A DNA stretch of 62,373 nucleotides, counting the filler, from Choristocarpus tenellus KU-1152 (Eukaryota; Protista; Phaeophyceae): the NCBI GenBank assembly GCA_964200185.2. It is 12 parts of 12 records of this genome, joined end to end, with 100 filler letters (N's around TTAATTAATTAA, not from the genome) between each part and the next. Parts side by side here need not be neighbours in the genome. Positions count along the whole stretch, not along the records: positions 1 to 4,040 come from CAXNAD020016533.1; positions 4,141 to 7,423 come from CAXNAD020021055.1; positions 7,524 to 13,083 come from CAXNAD020010431.1; 9 more parts are not named here. One strand, 5' to 3'. The position numbers and the translations under genes are program-made. Under the pieces are notes generated by a model, which was not told the DNA's origin, made no database searches, and saw only the letters and a list, made by a program, of their open reading frames with translations. Of the stretch, positions 1 through 12,275 are shown in pieces (position 1 is the stretch's first letter; each line of letters begins with the position of its first letter).

Positions 1-322
1 CTCCCCACGTGTATGTGGGTGTGTGGGTGTGTGGGTGTGTGTGTGAGCGACCTGAAAGCAATTTTCTCAACAAAATTAACCCCACTGTACCAAATTCCCA
101 ACATCAGCAATCTGATACATACAATGGTCATAATATGGTATAATATGGTATAATACGGTATGAAAAAAAGGATGGTAGGTTGCAAAAGCTTGAGAGAGCA
201 ACCACGCTGTACTGCATGTCATCAATAAATATCAATCAATATCAATCAATATCAATCAATATCTTTTTTTTTCTTTCGATTGTAGCGTACCAAAACTGCA
301 CCATCCTTTAGCTGACATTTAC

Positions 323-1421
323 CTTTTGACTGGGTCAACCTTGAGCATCCCCATGACGACATTGTTAATGTCTTCTGGGAATGGAAAGATGTTGGGACTG
401 TTCCTCTCATGGCATTTCCAGAACTGCCAGAGACTCTCTTGACTATTTTCCTGCAGCATGCATAACACACGCATAACACACACATAACACACAAGCAGAG
501 GGTTAGGGATACACATACACTACTGCTACCATGTGCCGAACTAGAACAAGTTGAGTTATCAAATCCTCTGATCATACTTCGAATCATTCACGAAATATCA
601 TTTATTTGCAATTATAAAAATATTATTCATGGGTCCTATTGATCAACTCAATTCTTACTGACATTGTTGGGTAGTGTTTTTTGTTTTTTTCATTCCAATG
701 ACCACAATCAGTCCATAGGGTTAGCGCTAGACTGTATAGGGACTTGTCCTCAACGACCTTTAGCTTAGGTTAGGCTGGATAGGGTCCAGTTCACAATACT
801 GCTTAGTACCAGAACTAAACTGTATAGGACCGATTGTCAGCCATTCTTAGGGTTAGGGTTAAGGCCAGGCTGGCAAGGGATCAAGTACACAGCGTACCTT
901 CCAAAGAGAGATCTTGTCTATCATGAGCAATAATGAAAGTAATAAATGCACCTCTAATTGTGTGTGTTAGAATTGTGCATGTATGAGGCGTACACCAGTA
1001 AAGTCTTACATGGTGATCATCCTCTGCACACTCAATCTGTCTCGGCAGTCTGTTTGACACAGTCCCAATCTCATTCAGCAAATATCAGCATCCAGGCAAG
1101 ATAAAAAGTTTTGTTGAGTGAACACAGTCAAGATGTCACAAGTAAGACATCGAACATCCATGGAGTCAGGACTATCCGTGAGTATTGGAAATTACAGGTT
1201 GGGGTTTAGTGAACACTCAACAGCAACAATAATAGCAATGTTATTGTCTTGAGAGGTACCAACCTTGAGCTTATTGTACCACCAGTCATCAGAACATGCC
1301 CATTCCATTGGGAGGTGTGAAGCCATCATTGTAAACGCCACTACACCGAGGCTCCACACATCCGCCTGACCAAGGTGACAGGGTTAGGGTTAGGGTTAGG
1401 GCTCATCAACACAGCAATAGC

Positions 1422-1460
<39 letters not shown>

Positions 1461-3540
1461 TTGCCTTGAACAATCACCACATGCTTTTGAGTTTCATCGG
1501 TAGAAATGATAAGTGATACAAGCAAACTTCAACACCTTACTGCACATCCACACCTCTGGATTGAGTTAGGGTTAGGATGAGGGTGAGGGTAAGGACAAGG
1601 GGGAAAAGCTTGGAAAAAAACAAGTCGCATGTTGTATGGTGATCACCTTTTCAGCGTTGTACTCCACACAACCACTTTGCAAACCAGCAAGTACCTCTGG
1701 CGCCATGTGGTTCCAGGTTCCCACTATGCTCCGGTTCAGTCTTGTAGCATCAACGGAGTTAGAGGGGGGGTGGATGGCGCACTCTCCAACATCCGCTCCC
1801 TGGAGATTCATTTTTTTTTTTTCATATTAACACGAGCAGAAAAAAACAGCCTCTAGCCGTCTTGGAGGGTTCCTGTTCACACAAGGGATGTACGCATGAA
1901 ACTATAATACAAGAACCAAGGACGAAAATTTATGTAAGCGGTAACACATATCCCTTGAATATGTCCCTTAAATAACGCCAAACTGTTCATGGAACAAAAA
2001 ACAAGATCGCTACAAACCTTAGGACACGACGTACTGTCGTCAGTTCCTCTGTAACTGTTGATCTGGACCTCTGTAACTGTCAATCCGGACTACGCACGAA
2101 CAAACTACAAAAAAAGAAAATTATAGTTCCCCGTTGTGTACTCCACTGAAGTGTAACTTCAACAGCCTCACAAACAAAAGAAAGTGAATTGCAACTGGAA
2201 GAATTTTCCCAGCCTGGTCGCAGACTATTCCAGAAATTTCCTGTCTTCGACCGTCTTGGAAATTTATCACATACTTGGAAATTGGTCGACAGGTGGTGGA
2301 GGGTTGTGGCAGTATGTAGTCATTTTGATTGGTACAAGAAGTTATATATGTAGTCATTTTGAATGGTACAAGTAATTCTACTTCTACTAACAACTTATCC
2401 CTTATTCTAGTCATCTCACACCGATAGCTAAACCTAACCCTGACCCTAACCCTAAACACATCTAAAGTACTGACACCCAAGTGGATGGTATTGTCTCCTG
2501 TACACCGTCATCCAAAAAAACAAAATAAAATTGAATAGATGGTACATTTTGTCAAAAAAAATTGAACCTCAAAGAAATACTTCCCTTTGCTTCATCGCCT
2601 TAGAAATTTTCTTTCCCTGAAACCTTCGTCCATTGTCAAAAACTACAATGTTTTAAATACAATGTTTTAAATACAATGTTTTAAATACATCCATCAAATA
2701 TATATGAAAGAATTATCACCTGATCTATCTATCTCTAGCTCTAGATATTTTAATACAAGGAAATAGATATGGTACATGAGCATTAAAAAGAATAAAAAAT
2801 TGAGAAGTAACCCTTTGAGTGAGTGTAATGCACACTCTGCTCTCAGGGCCCTCTCGTGATACAAAGCAACATTTTGGCTGACATTTGAAGGTATACCGTG
2901 AAACAGCACACAAGTGATACCCTGTTATAATACAGTTGACATTTGAAGGTATACCTTGATATAGTACTCAGGTGTTATCCTGTTACTATACAGTTGGCAT
3001 TTAAAGGTACACCTTGACATAGCAGTCAGACATCACCCTGCTATAACACATTTGACACTTAACGGTATACCTTGATGTAGCACTCAGACCTTACCCTGTT
3101 ATAATATAACTGACATTTGGAGGTACACTGTGAAACTGTAGACAAGTTCTCGACTCAAATCATTCTAGAGGAGGAAAGGTTCCTAGCCCATGTGAATCAT
3201 AAAGACATTTTCAACCTATATGCCTGACCCTCCATCATTTCTATTCTGAAATTGCATTTCTGTTCTGTTCGCCCGGGGTGTAACTGAGCAAGACACTCTG
3301 GATAAAGATACATCTTATGTTGTCACGGGATTTGAGACCAGACGGATGCACAAGTGATAAAGGTACACCTTACATTGTCATAGCAAGACCCCAAAAAGGT
3401 TATTCCAAACATCCCTACGATTCAATGACGCCCTCCTCAAAGGCACACTCTCATTGTTGGAAGGTGTATTACCTTGATGTTGTAGTCCTCATCCAGGAGG
3501 AGATTTTGTGGCTTGATGTCCCTGTGGTAGAACCCCTCTT
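323..3540 (-). CDS. Ser/Thr protein kinase (CAMK-like), partial, subdomains VIb-XI; DFG motif reads DVG
   Basis: Phase-compatible GT-AG exons 3540-3473, 1799-1647, 1365-1264 and 450-323 give GFYHRDIKPQNLLLDEDYNIK/GADVGEC...IVGTWNHMAPEVL...YNAEK/ADVWSLGVVAFTMM...DWWYNKLK/ENSQESLWQFWKCH...MLKVDPVKR. Neither end of the gene was found on this contig. Confidence 0.88.
1424..1458. repeat. (GA)n microsatellite, intronic
   Basis: Run of gagaga seen directly. Confidence 0.9.
2878..3146. repeat. Degenerate 58-bp tandem repeat, about 4.6 copies, in a kinase intron
   Basis: Units begin (c/t)tgacatttgaaggtatacc and recur at 58-nt spacing with many substitutions. Confidence 0.85.
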
Positions 3541-3789
3541 CTGTTTTGAAATAAACACAAAGTGCATGCAGTGTTATACAGTCATGTTTCCATTCACCAC
3601 CAAGGGTGTTATATTTGGAAAAGAGGACAGAACTATTCAACAACAATTGATTTTTTTTATCATTACCAGTCACTCCCCATAAACCACTTTGTATAGTAAA
3701 AACATAACCCTAACCCTAACCCTAAGGAAAATGCTCCAAATACTACAACTATTTTTGGCAACCCCATAACGCCAAGAAAAAAAGAGGTG

Positions 3790-4040
3790 ACCCTAACCCT
3801 AACCCTAACCCTAAAATAGACCCTAAACCTTCATTTAACCTTAACCCTAAAATAGACCCTAAACCTTCATTTAACCTTAACCCTAAAATAGACCCTAAAC
3901 CTTCATTTAACCTTAACCCTAAAATAGACCCTAAACCTTCATTTAACCTTAACCCTAAAATAGACCCTAACCCTTCATTTAACCTTAACCCTAAAATAGA
4001 CCCTAAACCTTCATTTAACCTTAACCCTAAAATAGACCCT
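3790..4040. repeat. (CCCTAA)3 running into a 36-bp telomere-derived minisatellite, about 6.4 copies, at the contig end
   Basis: Unit ccctaa-aataga-ccctaa-accttc-atttaa-ccttaa; copies are near identical. Confidence 0.92.
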
Positions 4041-4140
4041 NNNNNNNNNNNNNNNNNNNNNNNNNNNNNNNNNNNNNNNNNNNNTTAATTAATTAANNNN
4101 NNNNNNNNNNNNNNNNNNNNNNNNNNNNNNNNNNNNNNNN
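4041..4140. other. Artificial contig linker (44 N + TTAATTAATTAA + 44 N); also at 7424-7523, 13084-13183, 16581-16680, 20413-20512, 26170-26269, 29096-29195, 33636-33735, 43571-43670, 47069-47168 and 58526-58625
   Basis: Eleven identical 100-nt spacers; the core carries stops in all six frames. Confidence 0.98.
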
Positions 4141-4561
4141 GACTGGAGTTGATAGGTGTGCTCTTCGGCTCGGGATTGGGGGGGGGGGTTAGACAACAAA
4201 CAATCACAAGAGCAAGGAATGAGACTCATCGTCAACCAGGATAATCCCAGCTCCGGAGTCCTTAGGACAGGAGGAAGAAGAGGAGCAAGGATGGCACGCT
4301 GAATCTAGCCCTACTAAACACAACATGCATTTAACTCAAAACACAACGCAGTATGAGATCCCGGGCAGAGTGCAAACACAGGGTCAGGGAAACACCGAAC
4401 ACAACCCATCGAGAGTTCCTTCCACACTTCTCCCACACAGCCGACCTGGCGCTAACCCTGGCCGACTACGCATCTACTGTAGCCTATCTGCAGCAGCAAC
4501 GTTTTGGAGACAAAGGCCTTAGCCGAGTGCGGCGCGATCGGAACAGTCAAAGAATCTCCCG

Positions 4562-4562
4562 G

Positions 4563-4612
<50 letters not shown>

Positions 4613-4731
4613 GCAAGAAGGAAAAGAAAAAAAAAAAGGGGGGCGGGGGGGGACAGCAAAAAAAAAAAAAAAAAACAAAAAAAAAACAGAAGAAAAAAGA
4701 TTGTGAAGAAAAAGAAAAGAACGGAGAGGGG

Positions 4732-4793
<62 letters not shown>

Positions 4794-4915
4794 AACCAAA
4801 GAAAACAACCGCAGCAAGGAAAAGAAAAAAACCAAGGGAGGTCCTGCGGCACAGCGAAATCGTCTCCTCTCCCTCTCGTCAAAACATACACAAGGCACAC
4901 AAAAAAAAAAAAAAC
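4562..4915. repeat. Long poly(A) low-complexity tract, possibly low-quality consensus
   Basis: A runs of about 50-60 nt broken by short G/C patches; the poly-K and poly-F ORFs here are artefacts. Confidence 0.8.
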
Positions 4916-6129
4916 ATCGGGGGGAAGGGGAAGTGGATGCCCTTCACGAGGGCGTGCGCGTGTAGCGCAGTATTTTTTTTATAAACAACAAACAGAGCCT
5001 CAATAATTTCTTTCAACCATGGACACCACTGTCGGCATCGGCGCACGCCGGTTCAAGGGTGCAATTCCTCTCCCCAGATTTAGAAGCCAGGTTGTGGTTC
5101 ACGAGTTGCAGAACAGGCGTTCACAAAAAAAAGCCCCCACCACATCTCGTCCACCCGCAAAGCACTCTCTTTGTCGAGCGCTCGTGGCGCAGATAAACAA
5201 TAAGAATAGTAACAATACGAAACTGAGGGTAAGCTCTCAACCAAAAGGGCGCGAGGATTTCTGTAGCCACATCATTGTCAACTCTTCAAGCGGACAGAAC
5301 CGGTCGGTCCCCTAGCATAGTCTGGCGTGGTCGAATTCTACTTCACAATTTCTTCGGGTGGAAATGACCCCAACCCTGCCTCGATGTCACAAGTGCTATC
5401 CAAGTATAATCGGAATCAAGCATCGCTTGCAAAAAACCTCACACTCACTGGTCAAACCTTAACCCCAGTGGACAAAAAATGTCTGTATTTTGAAGTACGT
5501 TTTTTAGTTTAGTGCTTTTTGGATCTTCAACGAGACGAGATGTGCGCACATCAATAGTCAAATAGAGATCACACCTGTGATCAGGATATCATACTCTAGA
5601 TACCATCTGCTTCCTGTATGGGCAGAGTTAGTATTGTTAAGCTGTCCTTGACGATCTGTTGTCCCACACAACTCGTTACATTATTGTTCATTAGCTTGTA
5701 CCACAGTTGAGAAGAGAGTGAGATACCTGTCCTAGGTGGGGCTCACCAATCCTAACATTGAATGACTCAGAATACCAAATGACTCAACTCTTCTCTATTA
5801 CCCGTCAGAAACACTCCGACTCTAATAGTCCGTCGATTACTTCCGATCAAATGCCCCGACTAAATATCCCGAATGTCTCCCGCATTATCTTCTGTGCGTA
5901 CATAAAATAATACTTCAAATCATATTCTCATAAATAGTTAAGCATAATCTTGACAAGTATCCTCTAGGTTGACCTCGTCTAACCCATCCATGCCACCAAC
6001 AAAAGCACTCTGTATACTGGAGTATAGAAAATCCCTATAGTTCTACAAATCTCAGATCCGAAAAGCAACAACACGTGCAAAATTGAGGCACCTGTAATGT
6101 GCAGAGAGTACAGCCGCCCACCAAGAAGC

Positions 6130-6426
6130 TTAATTTCGTGCAGCCCTTGCAACCAAGCCATATTGTACCTATGAGAAAATACATACACACAAACACACCC
6201 ACACACAAAACATAGTTGTAATACAATTTTCTCCATACTTCACCTGTGCATGATGCATGAAGGATGTGCCTTCCCTTGAGATGTACCACCACACCACATA
6301 CGTCATCATACACAGCACCGTCACCAGGAACGGTGCAACAGTGAAAGCAGCAAAGAGCAACAGGAGGGCCACCACCAAGGCAACGACCAGCGCTACCAGC
6401 AATCCGTGACGAGCGCCCTCAGTCAT
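6130..6426 (-). CDS. Possible two-exon small membrane protein (73 aa)
   Basis: ATG at 6426; exon 6426-6244 ends CAG|gtgaag; 75-nt intron ends ctcatag; exon 6168-6130 reads VQYGLVARAARN*. Long hydrophobic stretch LLVALVVALVVALLLLFAAFTVAPFLVTVLCMMTYVVWW. No recognised homology. Confidence 0.3.
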
Positions 6427-8541
6427 GGTTGTTACGCTTGGTCCAAAACACGAGGATTAACGACTAAGCAAGAAATCTCTTTTCAGGGTGCTTGCGTCGT
6501 AAGGGAGTGTCACTGTGCGATCTCTATCCTAGTGGAGGCACAACTGCCCCAGCAAGAGAAACGCTTCACTCACCCGCAGCACATGATGGGGTGCTTGCTG
6601 TTATCGGAGAGTAAGAACAGATGAGGGTAATGCAAAGTAAAGCGATTGAAATTAGAGAGTATTTGAGCTATTGAGGGTTAGGAATGTTGAGGTGCACACG
6701 CTCGCAGGTTCGTACGTATATGGCGCCCTTCATCAAATACAACTGCATCCATTTTCGAAAGACGAGGAAAGTGGGAGTAAGTAGAGGTCTTAGATTTTTT
6801 CAGATTAAACCAAGTCTGGGTCGCTTGATACTCAGGAAATGATATTTCCTTGAGTTGGCAATGAAGTGCCAGCAAGTAAAGTAGTGTCAAAGAGAACATC
6901 ATCAATCAACAGGTTCCGACACAGATTGGTTGCTGCTGGAGAACAAAGTCACACGACTCAGAATGTGAAATCTCAGCTCACTCAAATAGAAGCAACAAGA
7001 TCAGACCTCCTCAGACAAAGGACTTCTTTCACACCAGCACGCGCAATATCAATTTGTGTGTTATGTAATTGTCAGAACAGGATTCCGTCAGCAGAAACTG
7101 CAGCAACTCCACTGTTCTATCAGCAAACCTGGGCAATATGTAAGCCACGGTCTACAACCTAGTGCGTGGGATCCATCCCATTTCATCTCCTAGAAAACGG
7201 ACTGGAAATTGTCGCGCGGCTAATTACCCGATGGACTTTGGAGCATCAAAGTTGGTGAACGGGATCAGGTCGCGTTGGGCACACCCACTACAACCGAACT
7301 TACTCCATGTCCATTACCATAGGTCATTAAACTCTGCTTACTTGTAGGTTGATCATAGGGCTTACAGCTTCCTATCCACGGTTCATGGAGATTCTCTACA
7401 CACTACAAGTTACGCACTCGCCCNNNNNNNNNNNNNNNNNNNNNNNNNNNNNNNNNNNNNNNNNNNNTTAATTAATTAANNNNNNNNNNNNNNNNNNNNN
7501 NNNNNNNNNNNNNNNNNNNNNNNCATCCTCATAGTCCCGCTCCATCCTCAATTTTGCGAATCCCCTGTTAGTTGTACAATCCATCTGCAGCAAGGAGTTG
7601 TAGCTTCAACGTTGATGTGCTATACATATACATCAGGTCCATCATACCCATCAGGAAGTTGAAGTGGCACGGGAGGCAAAAGATAGAGTCCACTCCTCAA
7701 CTTGCCCATCATGCCAAGAACCCCTTATCTTATGTCAGCTCTCACCAGTGCACGTTACGATAATCCTACATCCAGCGCAAACCCAAACAAAAATGAAAGC
7801 CCATATTGCAGTGTTAGAGATGAAGGTACAGATGACTACGCCAACTAATAAACATTAGACAGAAGATGGTTTTTCTACAGGAACCCATTTTGCATCTCCT
7901 GCAGAGCGTCTTTCCATATATCAACAGCCCACATAACAAACACACCTCATCTATCTTGATACTGCTAACATACAGCTCCAGACAGAAAGCAAACAAGGGG
8001 TACTTACTGTCAAATTTGAAGGACGCTGACGAATACATGCAAAATTCGACTTCTTGTACAAATGTGTATGGACGTTTCTGAACTCTGAATTCTGACAGAG
8101 ATTCTCAAACAACATAGAAATTAGCACTCTCAAATCCATCTTACCACTTCATCCATAGAAATAAGGGTGAATTGGAAGAGAGGAAGAGAAGAAAAAAACG
8201 GCTTTCAAAATGCAAAACGGTCTAAATCTGGGCACCTCTTGTACTTTGACTCTCTACAAGTTCGACCATAGGCCTAGAAATGAACCTATGTAGCCTAAAC
8301 AACCCCCAGTACTATTCTATCACTCCAACAATGGTCGTCAGCTTCCAGAAAAAAAATAGCACCATCACCAAAGAATAATCGTTCATGGGAGACCATAGGC
8401 TACACGTGCGTTCTTGTATAGGAAATCAGTCTATCAAATCTCTGACACTACCTATTGACAAAAAATGAAAGGATCGAAGTCAAGGAGTACCTACCCTCCA
8501 CGGTACGAGCAACAAACATCTCTCTCTCTCACAGGACACCA

Positions 8542-11005
8542 TCACCAAGTGAATATGCAATCAACTCCAAAGTGATCAGAAGGGAAGCACGACTCTGGGG
8601 CCATACGTTCACGGCCCAAGAGGTCAAATGACAGGGCTCCCTCAGAAGCAGTAGGACTCGTAAATACCCTGTGTGGAGGGTAGGAGGGCCTTTGTAACAC
8701 TGTACGTTGTGATGGAGTGATGCCAAGGTTCGGATGGGATGGTAGGGGAGATTCAAGGGCAAATGCATCCACTGGTCAATCAAATAATGGGTATGATTGT
8801 CCTAGTGGTACTGTGTGCTCACATTATTTGTACACTATTCAGTATCCGTTGGACTTGACCTGCCTTGGCAAAGTAAGAAAATCAACCAGGAAGGGCATAT
8901 TGCTAGTGAGCCAACACCCACATCTACTCTATCCAGTACTCCCAAAATCAGTATATATATATATATATATTCATACACTCACAGGCAATATTTGTAGTGA
9001 CAAACTTTAGATATACTCGAATTCAGTGCTAGCCATTGGATCGGGGCACTTTAACTCTTCAGTAACATTTCTATTCAGATGGATAGAGAAGTAGAGGGGA
9101 TTGTTCTCAAAGCTCGCATAGCTCTACCTGCACAAGGCGTGCTATCATCTTGCACAAAAAAATCCAACTTCTACCCCTTCGATAAACAAGAGGACCACCT
9201 CAACATTCACTTGACTCCTTTCTGCTTTCCCATGCAAGGCCTAAGTGTCGGTAGGTAAGGTTTAGAGGAGACATTGATTGAGCTATCCCATCTTAGAGGG
9301 GAGTGCCATTCAAATATTTGTGACCCTGGCAACTGCCTTCCGGCACATGTATCTTCTTTTTCCATTCTCAAGGGGGATTTCAAGCTTTATGTGGACAAGC
9401 GGTTGTCTTCTATTCTACAGCCACAACCTCCCAAGGGGGCTCCATTGTACTTCAGTCATGAGATGTGGGTGTCAGGCACAAGGTTCAAAAAGCCCCGAAT
9501 ACTCAAAAGGGCACTAACCCTAATCCCCCTTCAACATAGTATAGTTAACTAGGCACCCCAAAGAGATACCTACCATCACTCAGTATGCCAGATGCGACCC
9601 CAAAATTTGCAATTTATTGGAAGGGACAGGATTAACCTAACCCTAACCGGGGGCCCCTTGAAAAGACCAAGAGCCCTCTCCACATGCAGTCTCCAGTGTC
9701 TCTAATCCCAACTAAAGGACTGCTGCTCTGGATACAAAGGTCCAACTTACCTCCAAGGGAAAACAGTGGCACTCAACCCCCCCCCCAAATCTAAAAAAGC
9801 AATCCTGATCTAATATCGGGGACCATACCACGGCCCTCTTACCTATCATAACGCGCTCGTGGCTTGAACGACCCAAAATCCTTGTTGTCATTCTTCAACA
9901 GATCCCATGTGAAGCGCACCTCTGGATCAGATCCACAAAGCTTCCACATGTCCCCCACCTGGCGTAACCCCATCACAGAGAGTAGAACACTGTCTAGATG
10001 AGGGGTGGCAGAGGACATGTACCAAAAAACACTTATCTCGAGGGGCATCCTCCATGTGAAATTCACCCAACCAGATACAATTGCCCTACAATACAACTCA
10101 CTCCAACACCTCTACGTCAGAGCTTGTCCACATAGCTCAGCCGGTTGTCCACCCTCATATTCCGTCACGGGAATGCTCGGGTTTGAACCTCTATCAACAG
10201 AGGTCAAGCTTTTTCCACAGGAAAATTGACTTCGATAGAGCACATGGCAAAGTGCATCTGAAAAGGTATACCTGTGCCCTAACTGTTCATTCACACCTCC
10301 AAGAAGCTCTGCCAAGCATCATGTGAAGCTCACGATTTCGAATTACACAAGGGTGTGTCTGCACTGATAGTATAGCAACAACCAAAAACAACGTCAACAA
10401 AAATAGTAGATACAAGCATACTATCTCACAACAGTCTGTCTGATTTCCTCAGACAAGTAGTAAGAGGTACTGCAACTGAACCGTCCTCCATTTTTGAAAA
10501 GTAATTTCGCTCCAGCTCAGTCTACTTTTTAAGGGCTCATCCACCAACATCCTTTCATCAGATAAGCGTTATCACTGCGAAATCACTTCTCTTCTAGGGG
10601 CCCTGAACCGAAAAATACTTGAAAGTATTAAAATATTCAGACTCTGCAATGTACTTCACAAAAATACTCATTCCACAGCCATCACACAAAAGGCCGTATC
10701 TATCCTTTCAACATCAAATCAACACAGAAGGATATCCCACAAAAAGCAACCCCCACAGTACACCAATAGTGCAGCCTTAATAACTTTATTGAGCATATTA
10801 GGATGCCTACATTCTGAAACCTCCCCAAAACCTTTGCATGAAATAGTTCTAGTAATAACAGCAACAGTCGTAACTCCGGCAAGACTTCATAGTTTTGCAT
10901 TACCTCCTTAGCCAACGCCTCACTCTTGATCTCTGCCTCCCTTAGGTTGGTATCGCCTGCAAAGACCACCAGGGCATCCTTCTTCCTGATGAGCTTTCTC
11001 AACAC
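8542..11005 (-). CDS. TDP2: Tyrosyl-DNA phosphodiesterase 2-like (EEP superfamily), last three exons
   Basis: Exons 11005-10904, 9958-9843 and 8668-8542 in phase: VVFAGDTNLRE / DMW...FTWDLLKNDN...RARYDR / VF...LLGRER...FPSDHFGV...W*. These match the TDP2 GDxNLR, TWD..N, RxDR and PSDH motifs. Confidence 0.88.
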
Positions 11006-12199
11006 CTGGTGCCATGCCAGGAACAATGTATGTATTACATCACAATGACAAAAAAAGGTATAGGATATGGGGTATACGCACAGGGCTAGCCTTCCAAAGA
11101 TTGCTGCAACAACAAAAGCATATCGACAGAGATGCTGAGGCAGTCCATACATCAACAACACAAGCCCAAGTGCACATATCTGAGTCCACTTCGTCTACAT
11201 CTGAGGCCAATTTGTTTACTCTATCAGGTTCGGATTAAGCTCTGCGCCCAGGTTCCAAGACCATTTTGTCAAGTCCACATCCAGTTCTAACTCGATGTGT
11301 AAGGTCCAAGCTAGGGTTAGGGTTGAAGGACAGGCGACAGGAGTGAATCCCCTGTATTAAAAAAAAAAAGAACAGTGAGACCAAAAATCAAAGATAATCC
11401 AGCGTGCCCCCAGATACATAGCAACAAACCGATTTAAATTGACAAGGACACGTAAGCACACTGACAGGAACTCTATTCGGAAAGTCTGCCATCTGTTCAC
11501 AGATGCAGATACAAAGGACTGAGGTCAAATCGGCACTACTTACAATGGTATACTCACAGTGGCATGTATACCACTGTACAAGCCTATCGGCAGTATGTTG
11601 GCCCTAGCTCACACCGTCACTTACAGATATCGCACCGCCTTGCCAATGGATCGAACTCCCTGCGTTCACCTGGTGCTAGTCTCTACCTCTTCCTTGGAAA
11701 ATCAGCACCCTTTCACGCTACCAACCAAGTCTAGCCAAGAAAACGACAGGCCGAGAGTCTTGAGACCCATTGGTATAACACTGTAGGTAATACCGCCAAC
11801 ACATACATATACCTATATACCGCTGACGGTATGTATCCATTGCCTAATACCGACATCAGCCCCTTTCACCGATAGTTAGTCATTCAGTTCCATTGACACT
11901 TGACAATTTAATATTTGGTACCCTACACCCTTCCCCCTTAGCGGAACCTTAGCTACAGCCCAACGTTGGTCCTGACTGGCAGTGACCCCAGCGTGCCAGA
12001 AAAAGCACTCTAGTACTAGGTTCAGGTTGGGACCGAGTTCCACAGCGCAAGTGAAGTTCCAGATTAAAAGGAACCGGACCTGAACCTGCACTGTACCTAC
12101 AAATCTCCAATGCTAGTAAGTACAGACAGAACATCGTAATGTTCAGAGTTAACAAGAGGGAGTTGTCTCAAAAAGTGCCATGGCTCATCGGGGGGGGGG

Positions 12200-12275
12200 C
12201 ACTGTGTTAGAAGACACTGTGTTAGAAGACACTTTGTTAGAAGACACTGTGTTAGAAGACACTGTGTTAGAAGAC
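12200..12275. repeat. 15-bp minisatellite (CACTGTGTTAGAAGA) x5
   Basis: Seen directly; one copy has a single substitution. Confidence 0.92.

Noticed and set aside
2878-3146. 58-bp array as a CRISPR-like repeat-spacer array
   Set aside because: Whole units are homologous with no unique spacers; eukaryotic intron and no cas genes.
4353-4984. Poly-Lys and poly-Phe ORFs
   Set aside because: Translations of homopolymer tracts, likely low-quality sequence.
6830-7350. Possible Copia gag/protease relic (MDFGAS)
   Set aside because: A single weak motif with no integrase or RT support on the contig.
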